Program-made: the position numbers and the translations under genes
Shown: piece after piece, positions 19,657 to 30,176 of the stretch
Layout: every line of letters begins with the position of its first letter
Numbering within the stretch: position 1 is the stretch's first letter
From: an uncultured Bacteroidaceae bacterium
GTDB lineage: Bacteria > Bacteroidota > Bacteroidia > Bacteroidales > Bacteroidaceae
DNA length: 64,000 bases
Direction: 5' to 3'
Assembly (NCBI GenBank): GCA_944320785.1
Contig: CALUIR010000006.1
Span: forward strand, 6,192 to 70,191
The notes under the pieces: model-generated
Told to the model about the DNA's origin: nothing
Seen by the model: only the letters and a program-made list of their open reading frames with translations
The model's database searches: none

Positions 19657-19734
19657 GGGCAAATTGATGTGGTTTTTGTTTGTAAAGTGTTATTCTTGGC
19701 TAAAATAGTATTTTTGGCGAAATATTTTGTGGTG

Positions 19735-19742
19735 TAAATTTG
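19735..19742 (+). promoter_or_regulatory. Candidate internal -7 box (TAAATTTG) upstream of GH130
   Basis: TAnnTTTG match 21 nt upstream of the ATG at 19763. A second match, TATTTTTG, lies at 19709-19716. Confidence 0.25.
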
Positions 19743-19762
19743 CAATATGATATAATCATCTA

Positions 19763-21007
19763 ATGAATAATAATATCAATATGAATAATATAGTGAATCT
19801 TGCGTTTGAGCAACGGTTAAGTGATATAAGAAAGAGGTATGATGCTCTATTAAATATGAAAAATGAGCCTGTCACGCCGGGCAATGGCGTTTATGTGCGC
19901 TATAAATATCCGGTTTTGACAGCTGAGCATATACCTTTGGAATGGAGATATGATTTGAATCCCAAAGATAACCCGTTCTTGATGGAAAGATTTGGGGTTA
20001 ATGCAACATTTAATTCGGGCGCGATCAAATGGAATGGCAAATATGTCTTGATGGTTAGGGTTGAGGGCAGTGATCGGAAGTCTTTTTTCGCTTTGGCTGA
20101 AAGCCCGAATGGTATAGACCATTTCCGTTTTGTTGGTTATCCGATAGCGATACCAGAGACAGATGCGCCTGATGTGAATGTTTATGATATGCGCTTGACG
20201 TTGCATCAGGATGGATGGGTGTATGGCGTTTTTTGTACGGAGAGAAAAGATCCCGATGCTTCTCGGGGGGATATGTCATCAGCTGTGGCTTCTGCAGGTG
20301 TTGTGCGTTCGAAGGATCTGAGGAATTGGGAGCGTTTGCCGGACATTAAATCAAAGCATCAACAACGCAATGTGGTGTTGCATCCTGAATTTGTAGATGG
20401 GAAATATGCGTTATATACCCGTCCTCAAGATGGCTTCATTGATGCCGGCTCTGGTGGGGGCATAGGTTGGGCGTTGGTGGATAGCATGGAACATGCAGAA
20501 ATACGCGATGAGAAAGTGATAAATTTTAGGCATTACCATACTATAAAGGAATTAAAGAACGGGGAGGGGCCTCATCCGTTAAAAACATCCAAAGGCTGGT
20601 TGCATATGGCTCATGGCGTGCGGGGTTGCGCTGCAGGTTTGCGATATGTCTTGTATTTGTATTTGACTGGCTTAGAACATCCTGACAGATTGATTGCGGA
20701 ACCGGCGGGGTATTTTATGTCGCCACAGGGGTGGGAGCGTGTAGGGGATGTTTCCAATGTGTTGTTTTGTAATGGTTGGATTATGGATGATGATGGGACT
20801 GTTTTTATCTACTATGCATCGAGTGATACCCGGATGCATGTTGCGGTTTCCTCTGTAGAACGTTTGTTGGATTATTGTCTTAATACGAAGCCAGACGGTT
20901 TACGTTCTGCTGCTTCAGTTCAAAGATTGTGCGATTTGATAGATAAGAATCTTTCGTACGAGAAGGAAAAAGTCCTAATAGAAGATAATATTATGGCAGA
21001 AGTTTAA
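19763..21007 (+). CDS. GH130 glycoside phosphorylase (4-O-beta-D-mannosyl-D-glucose / mannooligosaccharide phosphorylase-like), cytoplasmic
   Basis: No signal peptide. RYKYPVLTAEHIP..., FNSGAIKWNGKYVLMVRVEG..., MRLTLHQDGWVYGVFC..., IYYASSDTRMHVA resemble the B. fragilis mannosylglucose phosphorylase class. Confidence 0.82.
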   Translation: MNNNINMNNIVNLAFEQRLSDIRKRYDALLNMKNEPVTPGNGVYVRYKYPVLTAEHIPLEWRYDLNPKDNPFLMERFGVNATFNSGAIKWNGKYVLMVRVEGSDRKSFFALAESPNGIDHFRFVGYPIAIPETDAPDVNVYDMRLTLHQDGWVYGVFCTERKDPDASRGDMSSAVASAGVVRSKDLRNWERLPDIKSKHQQRNVVLHPEFVDGKYALYTRPQDGFIDAGSGGGIGWALVDSMEHAEIRDEKVINFRHYHTIKELKNGEGPHPLKTSKGWLHMAHGVRGCAAGLRYVLYLYLTGLEHPDRLIAEPAGYFMSPQGWERVGDVSNVLFCNGWIMDDDGTVFIYYASSDTRMHVAVSSVERLLDYCLNTKPDGLRSAASVQRLCDLIDKNLSYEKEKVLIEDNIMAEV

Positions 21008-21030
21008 TCGTTGAAAGTTATTGTGATAAT

Positions 21031-22143
21031 ATGAAAAATGCATTGACCACAAGCATTATAATATTTGTGTTTGCTTCATGCGGGGAATCTGTTGTGAAAA
21101 GAATGCCAATCGATTCTGAAGCAACTCCTGAAACAGTCGCTTTGTATCATCGTTTGTTTGACTTGATGGAAAAAGGTATTATGCTGGGGCATCAGGATGA
21201 TCCATTATATGGGCATGGTTGGTATGGAATAGAGGGAGGTTCTGATGTTAAAACGATCACAGGAGATTATCCAGCGGTGATGGGTTTTGAACTAGGACAT
21301 ATTGAACATGATGTGCCTTATAGTCTTGATTCTGTATATTTTGAACAGATTAAAAGGCATGTCCGTGAACATTATGCAAGAGGAGGAATTTCTACCTTTA
21401 GTTGGCATGCGGATAATATCGCAACAGGAAATTCCACATGGGATTGCAAGCAGGATACAGTTGTTCGCGCTATTCTTTTAGGCGGAAGTCTGCATCAAGA
21501 TTATTTGGCGTGGTTAAATCGTTTGGGAGACTTCTTCTTAGATTTGAGGGATGATAATGGCCAACTTATTCCAGTGATATTCCGTATGTATCATGAGCAT
21601 ACAGGGGATTGGTTTTGGTGGGGAAGCAAGCAGGCAACGCCGGAAGAATACAAACAATTGTGGATGATGACAAGTGACTATTTGCGCAAAGTTAAGGGTG
21701 TTCATAACTTGCTTTATGCTTATTCTTCTTCTAATACGCAGAGCAAGTCGCATTATTTGGAACGCTATCCTGGAGATGCTTATGTGGATATTGTGGGCTT
21801 TGATCATTATTTGAAAGGTCGTACGTCCGAAAATGTGGAGCAATACAAAGTGGATTTTGAGCGGAATGTACAAATCGTCTCAGAATATGCGGCGCAATCT
21901 GGTAAGTTGCCGATTGTAGGGGAAACAGGCGAGGAATCAATCTGGGATACAAAATATTTCACGGATATTGTTTATCCAATCATAAGCAAATATGAGTTAG
22001 GTTGGATCTTGTTTTGGCGCAATGCGTGGGATAAGCCTGATCATTATTATTTGCCATATTCGGGGCATCCTTCTGAATTGGATTTCAAAAAGTTTGTGGA
22101 TGCTCCGTTGATCCTAATGAATCATGACATTGTTGAGCAGTGA
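21031..22143 (+). CDS. GH26 beta-mannanase lipoprotein
   Basis: Lipobox (VFASC). GH26 motifs FSWHADN, RMYHEHTGDWFWWG, DIVGFDHY and VGETG. Confidence 0.85.
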   Translation: MKNALTTSIIIFVFASCGESVVKRMPIDSEATPETVALYHRLFDLMEKGIMLGHQDDPLYGHGWYGIEGGSDVKTITGDYPAVMGFELGHIEHDVPYSLDSVYFEQIKRHVREHYARGGISTFSWHADNIATGNSTWDCKQDTVVRAILLGGSLHQDYLAWLNRLGDFFLDLRDDNGQLIPVIFRMYHEHTGDWFWWGSKQATPEEYKQLWMMTSDYLRKVKGVHNLLYAYSSSNTQSKSHYLERYPGDAYVDIVGFDHYLKGRTSENVEQYKVDFERNVQIVSEYAAQSGKLPIVGETGEESIWDTKYFTDIVYPIISKYELGWILFWRNAWDKPDHYYLPYSGHPSELDFKKFVDAPLILMNHDIVEQ

Positions 22144-22177
22144 AAAGATAATTGTTTAATCTTTAAAATTTAAAATC

Positions 22178-23560
22178 ATGAAAAAGTATTTTTACAGGAG
22201 TTCTTTCTTGGCGGCGTTAGCTATGCTGTCAATTAATGCAAATGCGCAATTTGCCGGTGGAGCGGGGACAGAGGAAGACCCGTATGTGATAGAAACTGCT
22301 GCACAATTGAACGAAATGCGTAATTATTTAGATGGCAATCATTTTCGTTTAAATGCAGATATTGATTTAACCGATTGGCTTGCACAAAACTCATCGGATA
22401 ACGGTTGGGATCCTGTTGGTGCTAATCCAGATGCCGGAATTACAGGGTCTTTTGACGGAAACGGGCATGTCATTTCCGGCTTTTATATCAATAGGCCAGA
22501 ACTCGAAAACGTCGGATTGTTTGGTTGCGTGAAATCCAGCGGTAAATTCGGAGTGAAGAAATTGGGTTTGATTATTGCTGATGGAAAAGAGGTGAAAGGT
22601 TTAAATAATGTAGGAGGTATTATTGGGCAAGTTCCTTATACTGGCCAAACGATTGAAATGTCGGAATGTTTTGTGATTGGGAATATAACAGCTATTGGTG
22701 ATGGGCAAACTACGGGAGTTGCGGGCCCAATTGTAGCTATGACTTCAGCTTTGGGAACTGTGGAAGTGGTAAATTGTTATACATCAGGAAAGGTTTATGG
22801 CTTTGCTAAGGCTGGCGGCTTGGTTGGCCAAGGGTATCGTGGCATTAAAATTGAGACATCTTATTCCACCTGTGAAGTTGAAGCAGGTACCAATGAGGCT
22901 GAATCCAAAGCTGGAGGTTTGGTTGGAGAATGTGGTTATCCGAATGGTTCGGCCATTCGTCATGATATCATTGCTTCAATAGCTCTAAATTCCTCCATAA
23001 ATGCGCCAAATTCTCCAGCGGCTAATGTAGGGCGTTTGGTTGGATACGAGAAACCAGATAATCCGACACCTTATATGTATGAATTTGCATATGCATGGGC
23101 AGATATGCTGGTGAATGGTGCAGTAGTGACAGATGGCCTTGAGACTAACAAAAATGGCTTGAACCAGTCTTCTGCTGATGTCGTGAAAGAAGATGTTTAT
23201 TTTGGAGATGATTATTTGTTTTGGGATCCGGCTGTTTGGACATTAGGAAATGGAGATTACCAATTACCGATTCTGACTGTTTTTGCTGCTGATAAACAGC
23301 CATCGGATAAAGTTGCTTATCTTCCTGATGGAGAATCATCAAGTATAGGTTCTGTAAATTTGAATGGAATGTCAATTGTTGTTTCAGATGGAGTAATAAC
23401 AATTGTAAATAAGCCAGATGATTCCGAAGTACGTGTTTATGATTTGACAGGGAAACAGGTTTTATTGTCAGGTGAGCCAATAATCAATATATCATCTCTT
23501 AATTCAGGGATATATTTGGTTGCAGTAGGCAAACAAGTAGTTAAGATTGTAAAGGGATAA
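22178..23560 (+). CDS. Secreted GLUG-like repeat module protein with T9SS C-terminal sorting domain
   Basis: Signal peptide (INANAQ). Module at aa 27-375 starts GAGTEEDPYVIETAAQLNEMRNYL...ADIDL and carries repeated (V/A)GG(I/L)(I/V)G motifs. The C-terminal ~70 aa (VRVYDLTGKQV...GIYLVAVGKQVVKIVKG) is typical of a Por/T9SS tail. Confidence 0.7.
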   Translation: MKKYFYRSSFLAALAMLSINANAQFAGGAGTEEDPYVIETAAQLNEMRNYLDGNHFRLNADIDLTDWLAQNSSDNGWDPVGANPDAGITGSFDGNGHVISGFYINRPELENVGLFGCVKSSGKFGVKKLGLIIADGKEVKGLNNVGGIIGQVPYTGQTIEMSECFVIGNITAIGDGQTTGVAGPIVAMTSALGTVEVVNCYTSGKVYGFAKAGGLVGQGYRGIKIETSYSTCEVEAGTNEAESKAGGLVGECGYPNGSAIRHDIIASIALNSSINAPNSPAANVGRLVGYEKPDNPTPYMYEFAYAWADMLVNGAVVTDGLETNKNGLNQSSADVVKEDVYFGDDYLFWDPAVWTLGNGDYQLPILTVFAADKQPSDKVAYLPDGESSSIGSVNLNGMSIVVSDGVITIVNKPDDSEVRVYDLTGKQVLLSGEPIINISSLNSGIYLVAVGKQVVKIVKG

Positions 23561-23656
23561 CAGTATTAGTGTAGGCACGATAGGAAAATAGTTGAATGTT
23601 TTTCATATCGTGCCTTTTTATCAGTTAACAGAGTTGAAACGAATGGATAACAGGAC

Positions 23657-26600
23657 ATGCGAGATTTAATATATTTACATATAAGGAAATGGCGGCACGT
23701 GTTAATGACATTGTTAATGCTTGTGTTTGCCACATCGGTTTTCTCACAGGAAAACACTAAAGTAACAGGGACTGTTCTTGATGCTTCTGGCGAGCCGATG
23801 ATTGGAGTGAACATTGTAGTGAAAGGGACAACAGAGGGAACAATAACCGATCTTGATGGAAAGTATTCTTTGAATATTTCGAATGGTGATGCAGTCTTGG
23901 AATTTAATTATATTGGCTATCAAAAGCAAGAGATATCTGTGAATGGTCGGAACCTGATTGATGTGGTTATGAAGGAAGATAACCAAACTCTTGATGAAGT
24001 AGTGGTTGTGGGTTATGGCGTGCAGAAGAGAGTAAACATGACCGGTTCTGTAGCTTCGGTAAAAGCAGAGAAAATGGAAACAATGCCAGTTGCTAATCTT
24101 TCCAATGCATTAGGAGGACGTGTTTCTGGGTTGGTAACTCAGCAAGCTTCAGGAGAGCCAGGTAATGATGCTTCAACGCTATATCTTCGAGGAAACAAGA
24201 ATCCGCTTGTATTGGTCGATGGAATAGAGAGTGACTATAACATGATCAATATGGAAGAAGTTGAATCAATAACTTTGTTGAAAGATGCATCTGCTGTGGC
24301 ACCTTATGGATTAAAAGGTGCGAATGGGGTTGTATTGGTTACAACTAAGCGTGGAAATAATTCACAAGGAAAAATTTCATTGAATTATAATGGAGAGTTT
24401 GGGTGGCAGAAGCCGACCAATACACCGGAATTTATGGATGCAGCTGATGGGTTGCGCTTAAAGAAAAAAGCGTATGAGATGGATGGCATGCTGGATGAGG
24501 CGAATGCAATCACTGATGAGATACTTGCTGCCCATGAACAGGGTACTGATGCGTATCCTAATACAGATTGGGTTAAGAATTATATGAATACTTCAACCAG
24601 CCAAAAGCATAACATAGTGCTTAGTGGTGGCAATGATTTGATTAGAGCCTATGTTGCTCTGGGGTATATGAAACAAGGAAGTATGTTCAGTGATGACCAA
24701 TATTACCGTCGTTATAATGTGAGAACGAATTTGGACTTAAAGCCAACTAAGACAACAACAGTTTCAGCGGATATTGGCCTTGTCTTTGACCGTAAACGGA
24801 CGAATGCTGCTTCAGCGGAATCTGCTATGACCAATATTTATCGGGCAAAAGCAACAGAGGCTGACGTTTACAGCAATGGATTGCCGGCATTTCAGTCTTC
24901 TATCGGTCAAAGTATGTATCAAACAATTTATGGCGGTGGCGAAAAACGTAATGAGAATAATTATCAGAATATAAGTTTGTCGATTAATCAGGAATTGCCA
25001 TTTGTGAAAGGGCTCTCAGTGAAAGGTCTTTTTAATATGAATAGGAAAGACACTCATGCTAAGAATTGGACGACTCCTTATGAGTATTACGTATATGATG
25101 CAGCAAATAATGTTTATAATAGGTCAGAACTTGCTACTGATGCGGAGCTTTCTCAATCATCGAAGATTAATGCTTATTATACAGTGCAAGCTTATGTGAA
25201 TTATGCTAATTCGTTTGGTAATCACAATTTGTCAGGTTTGTTTGTCTATGAGCGTCGTTGGGGTGGAACCAAATTGAATTATAGCGCACGTAGAGTCGGT
25301 TTTGATGTTTCAATACCCGAGTTGGATATGGGGTCAAAAGATAATCAATACAATTCGGGAACATCTTCCGGTGAAGCGCAAGATGGATTTGTTTTCCGTT
25401 TGAATTATGATTACGCACAAAAGTATCTTGTTGAAGTGGCAGGCCGGTATGATCGAACTTATCAATACGCTCCGGGTCATAGAGCTGCGTTCTTCCCTTC
25501 AGTGTCGTTAGGTTGGCGTATGTCGGAAGAAGCATTCATGAAAGATATTGCTATTATAGATAATTTGAAATTGCGCGTGTCTTATGGAAAGTCAGGTAAT
25601 CCAGTCGGAAACCCGTTTCAATGGAGTCCAACTTATACGATTGGTAATGGATATGTGTGGGGAACAGATCAAATAATAGCTTCTGGCTTGTACGAAAGTG
25701 CTGAGCCAAATCCCAACCTGACGTGGGAGACGGTTCTGAAAGCCAATGTAGGATTTGATTTATCGATGTGGAATGGATTGTTGGGGGTGGAATTTGATGT
25801 GTATCGTGATTATCGGAAAGATAAAATAATTGTTCCAACAGACGAATACCCGACGGAATACGGAATCAGTCCATCACAGTATAATGCGGGGAAAGAAGAA
25901 CGTTATGGTGTTGATTTGACATTGACGAACCATACAAATATTGCTAAGGATTTCTCGATAGATAATCTTTTTGTTTTTGGCTTTTCACGGGATAGGCAAA
26001 TTGATATTGCTGAAGCAATGGGAACATATAGCGTACCTCGTTTTAGACGAACAGGAAAATCTGCATCTCAGTTGAGGGGATATATTGCGGAAGGTCTGTT
26101 CCAAGATCAAGAGGACATAGACAATTGGGCATACCAAAGTGCGACAACACGTCCGGGAGACATTAAATATCGTGATATTAACGGTGATGGAAAGATTGAT
26201 AATGAAGATGAAACAATTATAGGGCGTACACGTGTGCCGGAAATCATGTATGGTTATACATTGGGTGTGAGATTTAAGAATTTCGATTTGAACTTGTTCT
26301 TACAGGGTACCGGGCATTCTGATTTTTATATGGGAGAGGATGCCAGTGGCTCCTCTGACAGAGGTGTACGTTTCCCGTTTGACAATGACAAACCTCGTAC
26401 GGATCACATTAATTCTTGGACGGTAGATAATCCTGATCCGAATGCCAAATATCCAAGATTGTCCACAATTAAAGGAATGAATTACAATACATCTTCATTT
26501 TGGGTTGTGAATACGGCATACTTGAAATTGAAATCATTGGAAATTGGATATAACTTTGATGAAGATTTGTTGAAGAAGATCCATATAAGTCAATTGAGGC

Positions 26601-26731
26601 TGTATTTGAACTTTTATAATCTTTGGACTATTTATTCTGCTATGCCAAGAGATTTTGATGTGGAAACTCAGAATTATAATGCGTATCCGCAGCAATTTAT
26701 AACATCATTAGGTATTAATGCTACATTCTAA
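23657..26731 (+). CDS. SusC/RagA-family TonB-dependent outer-membrane transporter
   Basis: CarboxypepD_reg head (VTGTVLDASGEPMIGVNIVVKGTTEGTITDLDGKYSL), plug (VVVGYGVQKR...), large barrel, terminal aromatic residue (INATF). SusD follows immediately. The start could be the Met at 23705. Confidence 0.93.
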   Translation: MRDLIYLHIRKWRHVLMTLLMLVFATSVFSQENTKVTGTVLDASGEPMIGVNIVVKGTTEGTITDLDGKYSLNISNGDAVLEFNYIGYQKQEISVNGRNLIDVVMKEDNQTLDEVVVVGYGVQKRVNMTGSVASVKAEKMETMPVANLSNALGGRVSGLVTQQASGEPGNDASTLYLRGNKNPLVLVDGIESDYNMINMEEVESITLLKDASAVAPYGLKGANGVVLVTTKRGNNSQGKISLNYNGEFGWQKPTNTPEFMDAADGLRLKKKAYEMDGMLDEANAITDEILAAHEQGTDAYPNTDWVKNYMNTSTSQKHNIVLSGGNDLIRAYVALGYMKQGSMFSDDQYYRRYNVRTNLDLKPTKTTTVSADIGLVFDRKRTNAASAESAMTNIYRAKATEADVYSNGLPAFQSSIGQSMYQTIYGGGEKRNENNYQNISLSINQELPFVKGLSVKGLFNMNRKDTHAKNWTTPYEYYVYDAANNVYNRSELATDAELSQSSKINAYYTVQAYVNYANSFGNHNLSGLFVYERRWGGTKLNYSARRVGFDVSIPELDMGSKDNQYNSGTSSGEAQDGFVFRLNYDYAQKYLVEVAGRYDRTYQYAPGHRAAFFPSVSLGWRMSEEAFMKDIAIIDNLKLRVSYGKSGNPVGNPFQWSPTYTIGNGYVWGTDQIIASGLYESAEPNPNLTWETVLKANVGFDLSMWNGLLGVEFDVYRDYRKDKIIVPTDEYPTEYGISPSQYNAGKEERYGVDLTLTNHTNIAKDFSIDNLFVFGFSRDRQIDIAEAMGTYSVPRFRRTGKSASQLRGYIAEGLFQDQEDIDNWAYQSATTRPGDIKYRDINGDGKIDNEDETIIGRTRVPEIMYGYTLGVRFKNFDLNLFLQGTGHSDFYMGEDASGSSDRGVRFPFDNDKPRTDHINSWTVDNPDPNAKYPRLSTIKGMNYNTSSFWVVNTAYLKLKSLEIGYNFDEDLLKKIHISQLRLYLNFYNLWTIYSAMPRDFDVETQNYNAYPQQFITSLGINATF

Positions 26732-26739
26732 AGAAGAAT

Positions 26740-28554
26740 ATGAAAAGAATAATCAAAATAGGAGTTATGAGTTTTGTCATTGCCATGACATTGGGTTCAT
26801 GCACTGACTTTATGGATATAGAATCAAGAACCACGATTACTGATGATGCAGTTTGGTCCAGTAAATCAGCAACTGCAATGTATGTAGCTGAGACATATAA
26901 TAGTACATTGGATGGCCCATTGTATTGCATGACGAAAGGTATTCGCGATTGGTGGTCTTTTGATCATGCTTGGACGGACGACATGGGAATTTCTGGATAC
27001 ATTTCATTGTCAGAGTTTAGTTTTACTGCAGCAACAATTCCGGAGCCATTCAAAAGCCGTTGGGATGCTTTGTATGAAAATATTCGCAGGACGAATCTTG
27101 GTTTGGAAAAAATTGCAGAATCGGAAGTGTTGACGGATGCAGAAAAAGAACGTTTTTTAGGCGACATGTATTTCCTTCGTGCTTTGAATTATTTGGAACT
27201 TTGGCGCTTCTGGGGAGGAGTTCCTTTGGTGAAGAAAGCATTGGATAAAGAAACGGATGACATTTATTATGAACGCAGCACCTCGGAAGAAACGATGAAA
27301 TTTATAATAGAGGATTTTGGCGAGGCGGCAAAACGTTTGCCGAAGCGTTCAGAACTTCCAGCCGAAGAGTATGGACGTGCTACTCAAGGTGCTGCGATCG
27401 GTTTCCAAGCGGTAACTTATTTGCATGCAGCTGGTGTGATTGATTCAAAATATTATGAAGATGCGGCAAATACCGCAGATATATTGATTAATGGTGATTT
27501 GAAAGGTGAGTATCGTTTGTTTGGGGAGAATGAAGGAGATCCTGATGAAAAATCCACCCCTGAAAAGTTAAGCAAAAAAGCTGAAAATTTTGCGAACTTG
27601 TTTTTGGAACCTTATGAGGGGAATGAAGAAGTGATTTTTGATGTTCAATACAAGAATCCCGAACGTCATCAGCAAGGCTATCAGACAGTAGCAGCTCCTG
27701 GTTATCCTGGTGTTGGCAGTGATTATGGATGGGGCTTTTCCAATCCTTCCCAGATGTTGGTTGATGCATTTGAGATGCAGGATGGAACTTCATTCGATTG
27801 GAATGACCCAGAAAAGGCAGCTCATCCCTATGAAAATCGTGATGCCCGTTTTTATGCATCCATATTGTATGATGGTGCGGTTTGGAAAGATTCAACGCTT
27901 TCATTAAGCACCAATCGTTATGTATGGGATGAAAACGACCGTCGTAAATGGAAAAATGTGACGGATAATTTGCCAAATGGTTTGTATAGTTCAAAAGTGG
28001 AGGCTACAAAAACGGGATATTTTATACGTAAACATCAGAATGAATCGGTTAGTTGTGGTACTGCAAACCGTTATTTGAACAAAGATGGTGAAGGTGGTAA
28101 TTTGATAGTATTGCGTTATGCAGAGATTTTGTTGACATACGCAGAAGCCAAAAATGAAGTTTCCGGTCCGGATCAATCGGTTTATGATGCAATAAACCAT
28201 GTTCGTCGACGTGCAGGACAACCGGAATTATCTGGTTTGGGGCAAGATGAATTGCGGGAACGCATCCGTAATGAACGTCGTGTAGAACTTGCTTTTGAAA
28301 ATAAACGCTATTTTGATATTATGCGTTGGAGGATAGGAGACAAGGCTCTTGTCGGACCTTTTTATCGGATGGAAATTACTTATCAACGGCCTGCCGAAAT
28401 GGTGCAGACATCGCCATCTATTCCTACGTATAACCCGAGAGCTGTTTATTTTACGAGGACTTTTGATTCTCAGAAAAATTACTTATTGCCTATACCGCAG
28501 CATGCGATAAACCGTAATCCGAAATTGGTTGGGCATCAGAATCCAGGATGGTAA
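26740..28554 (+). CDS. SusD/RagB-family nutrient-binding lipoprotein
   Basis: Lipobox (LGSC). SusD-like segments RALNYLELWRFWGGVPL and LRYAEILLTYAEAKNE...RRVELAFENKRYFDIMRW. Confidence 0.93.
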   Translation: MKRIIKIGVMSFVIAMTLGSCTDFMDIESRTTITDDAVWSSKSATAMYVAETYNSTLDGPLYCMTKGIRDWWSFDHAWTDDMGISGYISLSEFSFTAATIPEPFKSRWDALYENIRRTNLGLEKIAESEVLTDAEKERFLGDMYFLRALNYLELWRFWGGVPLVKKALDKETDDIYYERSTSEETMKFIIEDFGEAAKRLPKRSELPAEEYGRATQGAAIGFQAVTYLHAAGVIDSKYYEDAANTADILINGDLKGEYRLFGENEGDPDEKSTPEKLSKKAENFANLFLEPYEGNEEVIFDVQYKNPERHQQGYQTVAAPGYPGVGSDYGWGFSNPSQMLVDAFEMQDGTSFDWNDPEKAAHPYENRDARFYASILYDGAVWKDSTLSLSTNRYVWDENDRRKWKNVTDNLPNGLYSSKVEATKTGYFIRKHQNESVSCGTANRYLNKDGEGGNLIVLRYAEILLTYAEAKNEVSGPDQSVYDAINHVRRRAGQPELSGLGQDELRERIRNERRVELAFENKRYFDIMRWRIGDKALVGPFYRMEITYQRPAEMVQTSPSIPTYNPRAVYFTRTFDSQKNYLLPIPQHAINRNPKLVGHQNPGW

Positions 28555-28576
28555 TTGAATAGTAAAAATGGAATGT

Positions 28577-28972
28577 ATGAAAAAGTTGGTTTATGTTTTG
28601 TTTACAATGTTGCTATTAGGAACTGTTGGATGTTCCAAGATTGATTATGAAATCAGTGATGCATACGAGCAAGCTAATATTACTGGAATTACTATATATG
28701 CGGTAACAGATAATCCGGTGAATATAGTCGAAAGTTTTGAAATTGACACGGAAAATGCCATCGTAAGGGCTTTTGTTCCGGAAGGAACCGATTTGACTCA
28801 TTTGAGATTGGTGTTGACTTTGTCGAGTGGGGCTACTGTTTCGCCTGCTTTGGGAGGTTTTCAAGATCTTTCTTCACCCTTGGAATTTACTGTAACATCC
28901 CCTAATGGCATAAAGCAAATTGCTTGGCAAGTTATAGTGGCTGCAACGCCTTCTGCTGAAAGTAGTATATGA
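28577..28972 (+). CDS. Small surface lipoprotein downstream of SusD (possible glycan-binding accessory protein)
   Basis: Lipobox LLLGTVGCS. An Ig-like domain of about 110 aa. The position is typical of SGBP-like PUL proteins. Confidence 0.5.
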   Translation: MKKLVYVLFTMLLLGTVGCSKIDYEISDAYEQANITGITIYAVTDNPVNIVESFEIDTENAIVRAFVPEGTDLTHLRLVLTLSSGATVSPALGGFQDLSSPLEFTVTSPNGIKQIAWQVIVAATPSAESSI

Positions 28973-28987
28973 TAATCTGTTAAAAAT

Positions 28988-29020
28988 GGATGTGCCACTA
29001 TTGGGTGGTGCATCCTTTTG
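28988..29020 (+). terminator. Intra-PUL terminator or attenuator after the SusCD-lipoprotein unit
   Basis: 11-bp stem GGATGTGCCAC / GTGGTGCATCC (two G-U pairs), 6-nt loop, then TTTT. Confidence 0.5.
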
Positions 29021-29066
29021 AAGTAGCTTGATTATTGCCATAATCTTTTTTCAATAAAATGATTTT

Positions 29067-30140
29067 ATGTGTAGAGGATATGTTGTAGGAATGGCATTTT
29101 GCCTGTTGGCGGGGATGGCGAATGCGCAGAACTTGGAATATGTTGATGCGCGCAATTTGCTTATGGTTGGGAAAGCTTGTTCGTCAGGAGAATATTATCA
29201 TCGGCTTGATACAACTTTCTTTAAAGAACTGCCCCCTAAAGTAAAATATTTGTCTACACATTCATGTGGTTTGGCTATAGGCTTTCTTACCAATAGTAGC
29301 ATTATTTCTGCTAAATGGGAAGTCAAGCCCGACAAACCATCTCCAAATTTATCTGCCATGGCGCATAGAGGTTTGGATTTGTATATAAAACGTCATGGTG
29401 TATGGGAATTTGCGGGTGTTGGCATTCCTGATATGCATGCCAACATGAATGAAGGGACGATTGTTCAAGATATGGATTCCACTTTGAAAGAATGTTTGTT
29501 GTATCTTCCTTTGTTTAGCGAAGTTAAATCGTTGGAAATAGGAATAGAAAAGGGTGCATTTGTATCAGCATTGCCATATCCGTTTGAGAAAAAGGTTTTG
29601 ATATATGGTTCAAGCATTGTTCATGGGGCTGAAGCTTCAAGATCTGGAACTACTTATGTCGCGAAACTTTCTCGGCGTACAGGTCTTGATTTTGTTAATT
29701 TAGGCTTTAGTGGAAATGCACGCATGGAAAATAGCATGGCTGACTGTTTGGCAAATATAGAGGCCGATGCTTATATACTGGATTGTGTACCTAATGCTAC
29801 TGCTGACCAAATAGCCGAACGTACGGATTATCTTGTTAGGACTATACGCGAGAAACACCCTGAAGCTCCCATTATTGTCGTGCAAAGTATAGTTATGGAT
29901 ATAGGCAATTTTAATTTGAAGGTGAAAAATGATTTATTGGTAAAAGACAGAACTATTCGCAAGGAAGTCGAAAAACTTTGGCAAGCCGGTGTGCAGAATC
30001 TTCATTTTATCGAGGGGAGAGATCTAATAGGGAATGATCATGAAGGTACAGGTGATGGAATACATCCGAATGATTTGGGGTTTGAACGCATGGCTGAAAC
30101 AATGAAACCTAAATTAATGGAAATATTGGACAATGAGTAA
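29067..30140 (+). CDS. SGNH/GDSL-type carbohydrate esterase
   Basis: Signal peptide. Block I IYGSSIVHG, block III GFSGN and block V GDGIHPNDLG (DxxH). Confidence 0.7.
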   Translation: MCRGYVVGMAFCLLAGMANAQNLEYVDARNLLMVGKACSSGEYYHRLDTTFFKELPPKVKYLSTHSCGLAIGFLTNSSIISAKWEVKPDKPSPNLSAMAHRGLDLYIKRHGVWEFAGVGIPDMHANMNEGTIVQDMDSTLKECLLYLPLFSEVKSLEIGIEKGAFVSALPYPFEKKVLIYGSSIVHGAEASRSGTTYVAKLSRRTGLDFVNLGFSGNARMENSMADCLANIEADAYILDCVPNATADQIAERTDYLVRTIREKHPEAPIIVVQSIVMDIGNFNLKVKNDLLVKDRTIRKEVEKLWQAGVQNLHFIEGRDLIGNDHEGTGDGIHPNDLGFERMAETMKPKLMEILDNE

Positions 30141-30176
30141 ATGTAATAGGAATTTAATAATAAAAAGAATCGATTT